Assembly: GCA_044352465.1 (NCBI GenBank)
Contig: JBILDU010000018.1
Coordinates: 1 to 36,709 of the forward strand
Direction of reading: 5' to 3'
Source: Bdellovibrionota bacterium
Lineage (GTDB): Bacteria > Bdellovibrionota_C > UBA2361
Length of the DNA: 36,709 nucleotides
The translations under genes and the position numbers were made by a program. Of the stretch, positions 9,110-18,445 are shown in pieces (within the stretch, counting starts at the first letter, position 1; every line of letters begins with the position of its first letter). The notes under the pieces were generated by a model, which did not search any database, was not told the DNA's origin, and saw only the letters and a program-made list of their open reading frames with translations.

Positions 9110-9642
9110 GACGACCTCCTTATTGGTGTTTGTGGAGCCGGCCTCCAGCCCACTCCGCTTCTCTGAAACCCACCGCCGGATAGGTCACTCTTAGCCACTC
9201 GAGGCGCCTTACAGAAAGTTATAGGCGGTTAGGGGCAGCTCGTGACCTACTTCCTCAGCGTCGATGCCTCGCCCGGTTTTTAAGGTGTTTTTCACAACCG
9301 TGCATCGAAGCAACCCGGGGGGAGACGAGCCCATTTATCCAAGCAAAACAACAACGTACGCAACATAAGCGCACGAGATGCTTTAAAAGGAGTGGCCGTA
9401 TCCCTCCAGCTCAAGCTTCTCGCACAGCCCTAAGGCCTTCTTTTTACACGCCTTTTGCCGTATCCAGCGAGAAGCCACCCATCGAAACCACGCTCCGGTT
9501 CACGAAAGAACGCTCCACACCTGTGGCGGACGGAGCTCGTCGGTTTCACCCAACGATTTCGAGGGGATCGGCATGATTACCAGGATCAACCGCTAAAATC
9601 AAACCAAATTCTCCCCTAACCTCGAGCCATTTCGGGCCCACA

Positions 9643-10854
9643 TTACAACCAGTGCCCCATCTTACGGCGTTTCGTTTCAAGGTAGCTCCTCGAATACTCG
9701 TCTTCGGGGACCACGAGCGGCACCCGTTCGGTCACCTCGATCCCGAAGGTTGAGAGTTGTTTGAATTTCTGCGGATTATTCGTGAGGAGGCGTATCTTTT
9801 TCAAACCGAAACCGGCCAAGATCTTCGCCGCCACGGCGAAATCACGACTATCAGCAGCGAAACCGAGGTCGAGATTCGCATCAACCGTATCACGCCCCCG
9901 ATCTTGCAGTTCGTACGCCCGGAGCTTGTTGGCCAGACCTATCCCACGCCCTTCTTGGCGGAGGTAGAGAACGATACCCGCACCTTCCGCAACGATCCGG
10001 CTCATCGCGTGATCGAGCTGCGCCCCGCAATCGCACCGCCGACTGCCGAAAACATCCCCGGTGAGACACTCAGAGTGGATCCGCACGAGTGGTCCCATGG
10101 CAGGATCGAAGCTCTCCAGCTGCCCCCGCACGAGGGCAAGATGCTCCTTCCCATCCACATCGTCTTGAAAAACGTGGGTCGTGAAAGCGCCGTAGTCGGT
10201 CTCAAGATCACGTCGCGAAACCTCTCGCACCAAGACCTCGTCGTTCACCCGGTAACGCAAGATCTCCTCGATTGAGGTAATCAACAAACCGTGACGATCG
10301 GCGAATTCCTGGAGTAACGCTCCGCGAGCCATCGTACCATCCGGATTCAAGATCTCACAGATAATCCCCGACGGAGTAAGCCCGGCGATGCGGGCGAGGT
10401 CGTACGATCCCTCCGTCTGTCCCGGTCGACCGATCACTCCGGCTGGATTCGCCACCAAGGGAAAGACATGCCCAGGGCTGACAAAATCATCTTTAGTCGC
10501 CCCCCGATCGATGATCTGACGCATGGTGAGTGCGCGAGCTTGCGCTGAGATACCCTCGCCACCGACGGATCGATGGTCGACACTCACGGCGAACGGGGTA
10601 TTAAAGGGCGAGTTATTATTAATCACTTGTAGGGGTAGTTGGAGCTTTTCTGCAAGCTCCGGAGCGATCGTCACACAGATAAGCCCCCGTGCCTCACGCA
10701 TCATGAAGTTCACCATCTCCGGCGTAACGCATTCGGTGGCGACCGTGACATCGCCCTCATTCTCACGATCGGCGTCATCAACGATGATGACCATCTCGCC
10801 CGCGCGAAAGCGTTTTACCACTTCATCAAATGGAGCAATCGTAAAGCTCACCAC
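9643..10854 (-). CDS. ribBA: Bifunctional DHBP synthase / GTP cyclohydrolase II
   Basis: DDADRENEGD and PGHVFPL (RibB half); RIHSECLTGDVFGSRRCDCG, QEGRGIGL and LLTNNP (RibA half). Confidence 0.97.
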   Translation of the reverse strand: MVSFTIAPFDEVVKRFRAGEMVIIVDDADRENEGDVTVATECVTPEMVNFMMREARGLICVTIAPELAEKLQLPLQVINNNSPFNTPFAVSVDHRSVGGEGISAQARALTMRQIIDRGATKDDFVSPGHVFPLVANPAGVIGRPGQTEGSYDLARIAGLTPSGIICEILNPDGTMARGALLQEFADRHGLLITSIEEILRYRVNDEVLVREVSRRDLETDYGAFTTHVFQDDVDGKEHLALVRGQLESFDPAMGPLVRIHSECLTGDVFGSRRCDCGAQLDHAMSRIVAEGAGIVLYLRQEGRGIGLANKLRAYELQDRGRDTVDANLDLGFAADSRDFAVAAKILAGFGLKKIRLLTNNPQKFKQLSTFGIEVTERVPLVVPEDEYSRSYLETKRRKMGHWL

Positions 10855-11507
10855 TACTCCTTCCCACCGTACCCATGCGACGCCAGGAATGCACGCGACA
10901 TGCCCCCTTGGGCTCGCTCACCTTTGAGCGCAGCGTTGACATAACGCGATAACATATCGACCTCAAAATTAGCCTCCTCACCGACCTGAAGCGCTTCAAG
11001 CGTCGTTACCGCCGAGGTGTGAGGGATCACGTACACCGAGAAACTGCGTTCGTCGAGCTCGCCAACGGTGAGCGATACCCCCGAGAGGGATACTGAGCCT
11101 TTCGATACGACCATATGTCGGAACTCTGCCGGCAATGACCACACCAGCCGATCGCAGGTCCCCTCGCTCTTCCGCGCAAGAAGCTCGATGCGGGCATCAA
11201 CGTGCCCAAAAACAAAATGCCCGTGGAGACGATCGCCGAGAGCGAGCGAGCGTTCCAGATTGACCTTATCACCGGCTTTTCTCTTCCCGAGAGTGCTCCG
11301 ACGAATCGTCTCCGACGCTAGATCGAACGAGAGCGCCCCTCGCCCATCGTGATGAACAACGGTCAGACAAACGCCGTCGATGCAGATAGAATCTCCCAGC
11401 TTCGTCTTCGCGTGATCGAGCTTACTCTGCACCACGAGCCGCGCCTCATGGGCGCTCTCCCGATACGACACAATAACTGCCGCTTCCTCAACTATCCCTG
11501 AAAACAC
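10854..11507 (-). CDS. ribE: Riboflavin synthase (alpha chain)
   Basis: N-terminal MFSGIVEE (GTG start), GDSICIDGVCLTV, VNLER, GHFVFGHVD and KGSVSLSGVSLTV. Confidence 0.96.
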   Translation of the reverse strand: MFSGIVEEAAVIVSYRESAHEARLVVQSKLDHAKTKLGDSICIDGVCLTVVHHDGRGALSFDLASETIRRSTLGKRKAGDKVNLERSLALGDRLHGHFVFGHVDARIELLARKSEGTCDRLVWSLPAEFRHMVVSKGSVSLSGVSLTVGELDERSFSVYVIPHTSAVTTLEALQVGEEANFEVDMLSRYVNAALKGERAQGGMSRAFLASHGYGGKE

Positions 11508-11743
11508 GTCCCCCTCACCCCTTTAACCGTTTTCATACATGGACTCCGCTCGCCTGACTTTTAAGTCTTCGGGGCAGCCGCAGGTTGCATGTCAACCGGC
11601 GCAGCACTCCCTGCTCCAACGGCCCCCCCCGGCGACCCTACTTGCACGTTGCTCCACACCGCCTTCCCGCTGACCGCCCCGCGGGGGCGAGGCTCGAAGC
11701 GGTTTCGGACGCCAGCTCAAAAAAGAGTGTTGAGGTCCGCCGA

Positions 11744-12253
11744 TTAAACGTCTGAACCGACCGCACTTTTAAAATCCGGGCGTAACACCGCAGCTCCGCC
11801 ATCTTTCGGTGCATCCTCCAAGCTTTGGAGTGTATCAACGAACTGACTCACGTCTGAGAACTCACGATCGACCGAGGCGAAACGAACGTAGGCGATCTGG
11901 TCGAGCGCTTTCAACGCCTCCATGAGAAAGTCTCCGATCTGCCGACTCGGTATCTCCTTGAGACACAACTCACTCACGCGGCGCTCTATCGCATCGACCG
12001 TCGTGTCGATAGCCGCCATGCTCACCGGCCGCTTCTCACACGCCCGCACCAGTCCCGCCCGCAGCTTATTGCGATCAAACGGCTCACGGCGATCATCTTT
12101 TTTTATCACCATCGGCAGCGACAACTCGATCCGCTCGTAGGTCGTAAACCGCACCCCACACTCCTGACACTCACGCCGCCGCCGAATAGCGTCTTCATCG
12201 CCACGCGAGTCGATAACAGCGGAATGATCGGACCCACATTTGGGGCAACGCAT
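11744..12253 (-). CDS. nrdR: Transcriptional repressor NrdR
   Basis: Zn ribbon MRCPKC...RRRRECQECGVRFTTYE, ATP-cone (VIKKDDRREPFDRNKL, KRPVS) and AYVRFASV. Confidence 0.97.
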   Translation of the reverse strand: MRCPKCGSDHSAVIDSRGDEDAIRRRRECQECGVRFTTYERIELSLPMVIKKDDRREPFDRNKLRAGLVRACEKRPVSMAAIDTTVDAIERRVSELCLKEIPSRQIGDFLMEALKALDQIAYVRFASVDREFSDVSQFVDTLQSLEDAPKDGGAAVLRPDFKSAVGSDV

Positions 12254-12264
12254 AAAGACCTCCG

Positions 12265-13524
12265 TTACTGCACCAGACGGTGCTTGTAGAGGGGAAACTG
12301 AGACGCTAAGGAAATCACATCATCACGCACCGATCGAAGCTTTACCTGATCCTCACGGGCCTCAATCGCTCGCAAGATCAGTGCACCCACCTGCTCCATC
12401 TCCTTCACCCCCATCCCCCGGGTAGTGAGCGCCGGAGTGCCAAAGCGAATACCGCTACACACCGTCGGCGGCTGTTTATCGTACGGGATAGTATTCTTAT
12501 TGACCGTTATCCCTACCGCATCGAGACAAGCTTCCCCAACCTTGCCGGTCATCTCAGCGGGAGTGAGGTCGACTAACAGAAGATGTGAGTCAGTCCCCCC
12601 GGAGACGACCTTTAAACCACCCTTCACCAAAGCTGCACACACGGCCCGGGCGTTATCGATGACCTGCTGGGCGTACACCTTAAAGCTCGGATCCAGCGCC
12701 TCCTTGAAGGCGACCGCCTTTGCCGCGATGGTATGCATGTGCGGACCACCTTGAAGCCCCGGGAAAACCGCCTTGTTGAGCCCTTTCTCGAACGCGGCTT
12801 GAGCCATAATCATCCCTGAACGGGGCCCCCGTAAGGTCTTATGAGTCGTCGTGGTAACGATATGCGAGTGCTGAATCGGCGACGGATACACCCCCGCCGC
12901 AACCAGCCCCGCATAGTGAGCGATATCAGAAAGAAGCACCGCTCCAACCTCATCAGCGACCCGACGAAACATCGCGAAATCGATCTGACGGGAATAGGCC
13001 GAGGCACCGGCGATAATCATCTTCGGGCGATGCTCGAGGGCAAGCGCACGAACCTCATCAGGATCGATAAGGTGATCGCTCTCCCGAACACTATAGGCCA
13101 CGACTTTATAATCGATCCCGGAGAAGTTGACCGGGCTTCCGTGGGTGAGGTGGCCTCCGTGATCGAGACGCATCCCCATGACGGTATCACCCCGCTTCAA
13201 GGTCGCCTGAAAAGCAGCTTGGTTAGCCCCCGCACCGGAGTGCGGTTGCACGTTCACGAATTCGCAACCGAAGAGCTGCTTGGCACGATCACGTGCCACG
13301 TTCTCTACTCCATCGACCACGTGGCACCCGCCGTAATAACGCTTACCCGGTAATCCCTCGGCGTACTTATTCGTCAGCACAGAGCCGCACGCCTCGAGGA
13401 CCGCCTCGCTGACAAAGTTCTCGCTCGGAATCATCTCAAGCCCGTGCTCCTGCCGCTCGGTTTCTTCACGAACGAGCTTATATATCTCCGGGTCGAATTC
13501 CTTGAGCGACATTTGAGCAACCAT
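12265..13524 (-). CDS. glyA: Serine hydroxymethyltransferase
   Basis: [24 protein letters not shown] and the PLP-lysine motif [12 protein letters not shown]. The start is set at ATG 13524, which has GAAGGA upstream. Confidence 0.98.
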   Translation of the reverse strand: MVAQMSLKEFDPEIYKLVREETERQEHGLEMIPSENFVSEAVLEACGSVLTNKYAEGLPGKRYYGGCHVVDGVENVARDRAKQLFGCEFVNVQPHSGAGANQAAFQATLKRGDTVMGMRLDHGGHLTHGSPVNFSGIDYKVVAYSVRESDHLIDPDEVRALALEHRPKMIIAGASAYSRQIDFAMFRRVADEVGAVLLSDIAHYAGLVAAGVYPSPIQHSHIVTTTTHKTLRGPRSGMIMAQAAFEKGLNKAVFPGLQGGPHMHTIAAKAVAFKEALDPSFKVYAQQVIDNARAVCAALVKGGLKVVSGGTDSHLLLVDLTPAEMTGKVGEACLDAVGITVNKNTIPYDKQPPTVCSGIRFGTPALTTRGMGVKEMEQVGALILRAIEAREDQVKLRSVRDDVISLASQFPLYKHRLVQ

Positions 13525-13582
13525 CGTACTTCCTTCGATTCGAGGGACGGCAACCGTCTTGAGAGAACCTTGTGGCACCGCT

Positions 13583-13611
13583 CTGAGAGTATGCCAAGAA
13601 CGGCCTATAAT
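13583..13611 (+). promoter_or_regulatory. Putative sigma70 promoter firing away from glyA into the non-coding spacer
   Basis: CTGAGA (13583-13588), a 17-nt spacer, then a perfect TATAAT (13606-13611). Confidence 0.35.
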
Positions 13612-13617
13612 TTCCAG

Positions 13618-14300
13618 CGAAAGCACATTACAACGCAGCGTATAAACACTTGATATCGCGAGAGAATATCCTTAGACCGGAGCGGCTGAAGGGGCGCAAA
13701 GAGGAGAACTGCCAAAACAATCGGAGAAGCGCCGTTTTCCGCAGTTTTTTTGCCATAGCAGCCGCTCGGCACCAAGGCTGCCAGGGGTGGCAGCCCGGGC
13801 GTTGGAGCGAAGCAGAGAGCCACCCGACCCAACGAGTAGGAGAGACCATTTTTCGGGCTCTCCGCAGCTTGGAGCGTGTGTGCCCGAAGGAGGTGGCTCA
13901 GCCGCAACCTCAGCAAACTCAGTCGAACGGAGCCCGAAAGCGGACCAGACTAAGAAACTATTACTCCGACCCACGGACCCGCTGACAGATGAAAAAACTT
14001 TCCGGTCGGAGTACGAGCCACGCAGACGTCCGTGGCGCTCGGCTCAGTATATTTAATTCATCCTCGCAGAGAGTAGCGTCGATTCGGCAGAGCTACCCCC
14101 GAGCTGCATAACGAGACAAGTTCCGCACGAGCCGGCGCATATCATTGCAAACTCATCGATACACCCAGCTGTACTCGCGCGCTAACCGCGAGACGTCACC
14201 GGGCAGGGCAAGCCGTGTCTCTCCGAAGGAAAAAGGTCCCCAGGGAGGAGCCTCTTTAAAAACACCTATAAAAAAAGCCACGGCGAACCGTGGCTTTTCC
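13618..14300 (+). ncRNA. Candidate large structured non-coding RNA of unknown family
   Basis: No credible ORF. Back-to-back perfect stems of 9, 8, 10 and 10 bp, bounded by a putative promoter and a possibly bidirectional terminator. See findings. Confidence 0.3.
14270..14298 (-). terminator. Rho-independent terminator after acpP, possibly bidirectional
   Basis: Minus strand: AAAAGCCACGG-TTCG-CCGTGGC followed by T7. The plus strand gives the same stem followed by TTTTCCTTT. Confidence 0.85.
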
Positions 14301-14321
14301 TTTGTCGAACAGACCGATTAA

Positions 14322-14567
14322 TTAGGCCTGCTTCCCTTGAACGTACGAGATGACGTCCTGGACGGTTTGGATCTTCTCCGCATCCTCGTCTGGGATCTCC
14401 ATATCGTACTCCTCTTCGAGAGCCATGATGAGCTCAACGATATCGAGGGAGTCCGCGCCGAGATCCTCGATGAACGAGGCCTCAGGGGTGACCTCAGCCA
14501 ACTCAACGCCGAGCTGCTCGACGATAATGCTCTTGATGCGCTCTGCGATCTCTTCTGCTGATGCCAT
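14322..14567 (-). CDS. acpP: Acyl carrier protein
   Basis: [19 protein letters not shown] phosphopantetheine motif; ATG 14567 has AAGGAGAG upstream. Confidence 0.98.
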   Translation of the reverse strand: MASAEEIAERIKSIIVEQLGVELAEVTPEASFIEDLGADSLDIVELIMALEEEYDMEIPDEDAEKIQTVQDVISYVQGKQA

Positions 14568-14840
14568 GTATACACTCTCCTTAAGTAAAATCAGTCGGAC
14601 CGTTTTTTTATTGGGCCGTATCTGCACCGCGGTAGTAACGCGGATTTTAGCGACATTCTTCCGCTTGAACTTGGCGAAAGCCCTTTTTTTATCAACTAAC
14701 GGCCAAACGCAGTCAAGTGCCCGGCAAAAAACAAAATTGGGGGTCCTGGATGCATTTCAGATGCTTCAAACCCAGCTCTATTTATCCCGCAATATCAACA
14801 GGTTGGAGATTCCGGTCGCCCCAACCTTGGAGGAACGGGG

Positions 14841-15581
14841 TTACATGTACATGCCCCCGTTGATCCCGATCACCTGCCCGGTGATGTAAGCCGCATCGGG
14901 GCCACACAAGAACGTCACTACCCCAGCAACCTCCTCAGCAGCTCCGTAGCGACCGAGCGGGATATGTTTTAGGTGCTCAGATCGGGTCTCCTCAGAGAGC
15001 GCCCCGGTCATTTCGGTTTCAATGAATCCCGGAGTAATCGCATTCACCGTGATCCCCCGAGACGCGAGCTCCTTCGCCATCGCTTTCGTCAGACCGATAA
15101 GACCCGCTTTCGACGAAACGTACGGCACCTGTCCTGGATTTCCCATCTCGCCAACGACCGAGCTGATATTGAGGATCCGGCCCGCGCGCGCCTTGAGCAT
15201 TAACCGCGCCACCGCACGCGAGCAATAAAAAGCCCCGTTGAGATTGACCCCCAGGGTTGTATCCCAATCCTCGTTCTTCATACGGATAAAAAGGCCATCT
15301 TTCGAAATACCCGCGTTGTTAACGAGGATATCGATCTTGCCCGCTTTCTTGTGAATCGTATCGATCGCCGCATCAACGGCCGTGGAGTCAGCCACGTTAA
15401 AGCCGATAATCTCGGCTCCGTTACCACACAACGCTGCGGTCTCCTCGGCAGCAGAGCTGTTCGACGAATAGTTGACGAAGACCTGAGCCCCCTCGGCGGC
15501 GAGTTTTTGACAGATCGCCCGTCCGATACCCCGCGAGCCACCGGTGACGAGCGCAACTTTACCAGCCAATTTGTTATTCAT
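14841..15581 (-). CDS. fabG: 3-oxoacyl-ACP reductase
   Basis: TGGSRGIG, NNAGI, YVSSK (YxxxK) and PGFIETEMT; lies between plsX and acpP. Confidence 0.96.
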   Translation of the reverse strand: MNNKLAGKVALVTGGSRGIGRAICQKLAAEGAQVFVNYSSNSSAAEETAALCGNGAEIIGFNVADSTAVDAAIDTIHKKAGKIDILVNNAGISKDGLFIRMKNEDWDTTLGVNLNGAFYCSRAVARLMLKARAGRILNISSVVGEMGNPGQVPYVSSKAGLIGLTKAMAKELASRGITVNAITPGFIETEMTGALSEETRSEHLKHIPLGRYGAAEEVAGVVTFLCGPDAAYITGQVIGINGGMYM

Positions 15582-15662
15582 GCTGCAATCCTTTGAACGA
15601 AAACTAAAAGTGGTTTCGAAAAAAACGTACTCCTACATATTCCCTATGGCCTGTCGATCGCC

Positions 15663-16724
15663 TTAGATCTTCTCGCCCGCGGCGGCATCACTCTTCGTCT
15701 CAAACGAGACCAATCGTTCGGTGATCGACTCAACCAGCCGCTCCGACGAAAACTTCGCCGCCGTTCGAATGGCGTTGGTTATCGCTCGCCCCTTCGCCGA
15801 GCCGTGACAGATCAGCACGAGCCCGTTCAATCCTAGGAGCGGAGCCCCACCGTATGCCGACGGGCTCAAACGCTCCCGAAACAACCTGCGTAGCGTCGGC
15901 CTCAAAAGAAACATCCCAAGCTTTGCCCGCCAACTCTCCTGCACCGCACCCTTCATCGACTCAAGGACGAGAGCGGCGCTTCCCTCAAGGCACTTGAGCG
16001 CGATATTCCCAACGAAACCATCGCATACCACAACATCACTGGCCGGCGTGGGGATATCCCGCCCCTCAACGTAGCCCACGAATAAAACTCCAGGGGTCGA
16101 ACGGAGTATCTCAGCCGCCGCGCGGGTGACATCGTTCCCTTTGCCGGGCTCCGAGCCGTTCGACAAGATGGCGACCCGTGGAGACTTAACGCCGGAAAGG
16201 GCCGTGGCATAAGCGCTTCCCATAATGGCGAACTGCACCAGTTGGTTCGACGGGCAATCAACTGTAGCGCCGCTATCGAGCAAGACTGTCGGATTGCGAT
16301 CGGTCGCCCGAGGTATGGGCGATGCAATCGCCGGCCGAACAATCCCAGGAACGGTGCCCAGCACATACAAACTACCGACCATGACTGCGCCGGTATTTCC
16401 GGGACTCACCACCGCACTCGCCTCGCCTTTCTTCACGAGGTCGAGCGCTACCCGGATTGAGGAATCAGCTTTTCCACGAATCACCACCGAGGGACTATCC
16501 TCCATAGTGATAAAACTCGCGGCGTGTCGGATCTGAACTCCTCCACGCTCTGCCGCTATGCTTGAGCCACCGTAATGAGCGATGAGAGATTCTATCTCGC
16601 TTTGATTACCGACGAGGATCGAGGAGATGCCGTGTTCACGCCACGCGTAGAGAGCGCCTTCTACCACGACCGCAGGTCCGTGGTCGCCACCCATCGCATC
16701 GACCGCGATCGGAAGTGAGATCAT
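15663..16724 (-). CDS. plsX: Phosphate acyltransferase PlsX
   Basis: IAVDAMGGDHGP, GNTGA, RPAIA, DVVVCDGFVGNIALK, YGGAPLLGL and HGS motifs. Confidence 0.96.
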   Translation of the reverse strand: MISLPIAVDAMGGDHGPAVVVEGALYAWREHGISSILVGNQSEIESLIAHYGGSSIAAERGGVQIRHAASFITMEDSPSVVIRGKADSSIRVALDLVKKGEASAVVSPGNTGAVMVGSLYVLGTVPGIVRPAIASPIPRATDRNPTVLLDSGATVDCPSNQLVQFAIMGSAYATALSGVKSPRVAILSNGSEPGKGNDVTRAAAEILRSTPGVLFVGYVEGRDIPTPASDVVVCDGFVGNIALKCLEGSAALVLESMKGAVQESWRAKLGMFLLRPTLRRLFRERLSPSAYGGAPLLGLNGLVLICHGSAKGRAITNAIRTAAKFSSERLVESITERLVSFETKSDAAAGEKI

Positions 16725-16758
16725 CGATTAGCGCCGAGTAACGGCGTTCAGTAAACGA

Positions 16759-16950
16759 TTAAGCCTCGGCTTGAGCTGGGGCCTTGGTAACGACACGCCC
16801 TCGGTACTGGCCGCACGCTGAGCATGCGCGGTGACGGAGAACTGGCTCCGCACAATTCGGGCAGAGAACCGCATAGGTTCGGCTGAGAGCATCGTGAGCA
16901 CGGCGCATATTTCGCTTCGAGTGAGAGGTGCGTTTCTTTGGAACTGCCAT
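16759..16950 (-). CDS. rpmF: 50S ribosomal protein L32 (zinc-binding form)
   Basis: [19 protein letters not shown] with CPNC and CSAC pairs. Confidence 0.97.
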   Translation of the reverse strand: MAVPKKRTSHSKRNMRRAHDALSRTYAVLCPNCAEPVLRHRACSACGQYRGRVVTKAPAQAEA

Positions 16951-17143
16951 ATATCCGCCTAAAAACGAGAATAAGTAAAAATCTGTAAGGCAGGGACCTT
17001 AGCACACCAGAGGGACAAATCCAACTGTGCTGGCCCTCTTTTTGAGTGGGTTAAAATGGCTCCTGTTGCCAGCTCCAAACAATTCGGGCCCGAGCGGACT
17101 GTGCCTCCGCTCGGACCCGAATTATAGGCCTATTTTCAACCTG

Positions 17144-18418
17144 TTACCAGTCCACACGCCCGTGGGTGGTTGGATGCGAAACAGGCACAAACGGGAACGT
17201 TGCGAGGAACGATTGGATGCTCAACACGTAGGTGCCGAGGAATCCAAGGAAAAGCCCCACTTCAGTAAAGCCGAAGGGAATCGCATTGGGGCTCAACGAC
17301 GGAACCACGATGAGATACTTCTCTAGCCATATACCGAAGAAAATGACGAGCGCGACCTTGGAGATGTACTTCGGCGTACGCTTTACATCCCGGCTGATAA
17401 GAGTAATGAAGGGGAAGATAAAGCACATCGGGAAGACCACCCAGGCGAGCCTGATCCAGGGGAGATCCCAATCGCGCAACCGCAGAATCATCCACTGAGT
17501 CTCTTCAGGCATGTTGCCATACCATTGAGGTAAAAATTGGGAGAAGAAGAGATATCCCCACAACATACAGAAGGCAAAGGTAAGCTTACCCACGTCCCAA
17601 AAACACCCCGGCGACAAGACTTTGGCGAAGCTCCGATTACGGTTGCCGAGATAGGTCAGCGTTATCGAAAGCACTGCCCACGCAAGGTAGATATTCCCGA
17701 TGAAAATGAACCCACCGAACATGTTGGAATACCAGATGGTATCCATCGCCATGATCATTTCAAAAGCGAAGAGCGAATATATGACCGCATAAAGGGCGAT
17801 GAGCACCGGGGCGAATCGAGACATCCGTGGATGAAGGGTGCCCACCTCCTTCTCGAGACCTTGCCAGTTGCCAGCAATGTGGTCGTAGATCCAACCGTGC
17901 AAGCCACCGGTCTTCTCGCGCGCCATACCGATGTCAGCGCGGAGCGACATCTTCACAAAGCGCCACAACATAAAAAAGAGGAACGACAGCAATACAGCGA
18001 AACGCGCGTAGACAAAATCGGCTTGCATCCACCACTCGCGGCCCGGCATCGGCCCGCGGCCCCACGGAAAAAGCACCTCTTTCCCCGCGTACGAGCAGAG
18101 GAAAAGCAGTAAAGCCCACGGGAAAAAGCTCACGTTAGCTTCAACGATGCGCCGAATCGGTGCCGCCCATCGCGCCCGGACGATTTGAAAAATCACCGAA
18201 AGCACCACGCCACCGACTGAGAGCCCCATGAAGAAAAGCAGGTTAACGTAGTACGCGCCCCAGAGATTCGCCGCTGGGACGTTAAAGAGGGCGTAGGTGA
18301 AAGTGATGATGCCGATGACAACGAAAAGCCACATCAAGGAACGGAGACCCGATTCCGCTCTGATCGGCCCCGCTTGGATGACGTCGTCGACATTAATTTT
18401 AGCAATTTCTGCGTGCAT
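17144..18418 (-). CDS. actF: Alternative complex III subunit ActF (NrfD-like membrane protein)
   Basis: About 10 TM helices, WYSNMFG, DVGKLTFAFCMLWGYLFFSQFLPQWYGNMPEETQW; last gene of the act operon. Confidence 0.9.
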   Translation of the reverse strand: MHAEIAKINVDDVIQAGPIRAESGLRSLMWLFVVIGIITFTYALFNVPAANLWGAYYVNLLFFMGLSVGGVVLSVIFQIVRARWAAPIRRIVEANVSFFPWALLLFLCSYAGKEVLFPWGRGPMPGREWWMQADFVYARFAVLLSFLFFMLWRFVKMSLRADIGMAREKTGGLHGWIYDHIAGNWQGLEKEVGTLHPRMSRFAPVLIALYAVIYSLFAFEMIMAMDTIWYSNMFGGFIFIGNIYLAWAVLSITLTYLGNRNRSFAKVLSPGCFWDVGKLTFAFCMLWGYLFFSQFLPQWYGNMPEETQWMILRLRDWDLPWIRLAWVVFPMCFIFPFITLISRDVKRTPKYISKVALVIFFGIWLEKYLIVVPSLSPNAIPFGFTEVGLFLGFLGTYVLSIQSFLATFPFVPVSHPTTHGRVDW

Positions 18419-18445
18419 ATCTTTTACCGCTTAAGCGATTTACCG

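Noticed and set aside
10400..10430. RibB His-to-Gln (GQTEGS instead of GHTEA) as an inactivating change
   Set aside because: From memory, GQTEGS is a common variant in deltaproteobacterial RibBA, so it is not evidence of decay.
11566..11600. FMN riboswitch upstream of ribE (TCTTCGGGGCAG resembles its 5' end)
   Set aside because: The match is on the strand opposite to ribE, and the rest of the consensus (GGTGAAATTCCC, AGTCCGGATGGGAG) is absent.
11508..11743. Remnant of the native ribD between nrdR and ribE
   Set aside because: Only a vague FFELASETA similarity to a RibD N-terminus; no PNP, HAE or PC motifs were seen. tBLASTn would be needed.
13525..13626. 5' extensions in the ORF track for glyA (also nusB to 8699, acpP to 14627, actE to 18979, mscL to 32884, GT2-TPR from 2707)
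   Set aside because: Family similarity begins at downstream ATGs that have RBS-like sequences or stop/start overlaps.
13839..13920. Glycine riboswitch near glyA (GGAGAGACC...CCGAAGGAG...CTCAG)
   Set aside because: It lies on the strand pointing away from glyA and lacks the CTCTCAGG ligand-binding segment. It is kept only as part of the unknown structured region.
13790..13930. ZMP/ZTP riboswitch upstream of glyA (CGCCCGGGC on the minus strand)
   Set aside because: The required upstream GACTGGCG partner and the P1/P2 architecture were not found.
13605..14056. Small ORFs in the glyA-acpP gap as genes or fabF/rpiB remnants
   Set aside because: They overlap in several frames with no family motifs or clear RBS. 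The SNSF tetrapeptide match to FabF is too short to mean anything.
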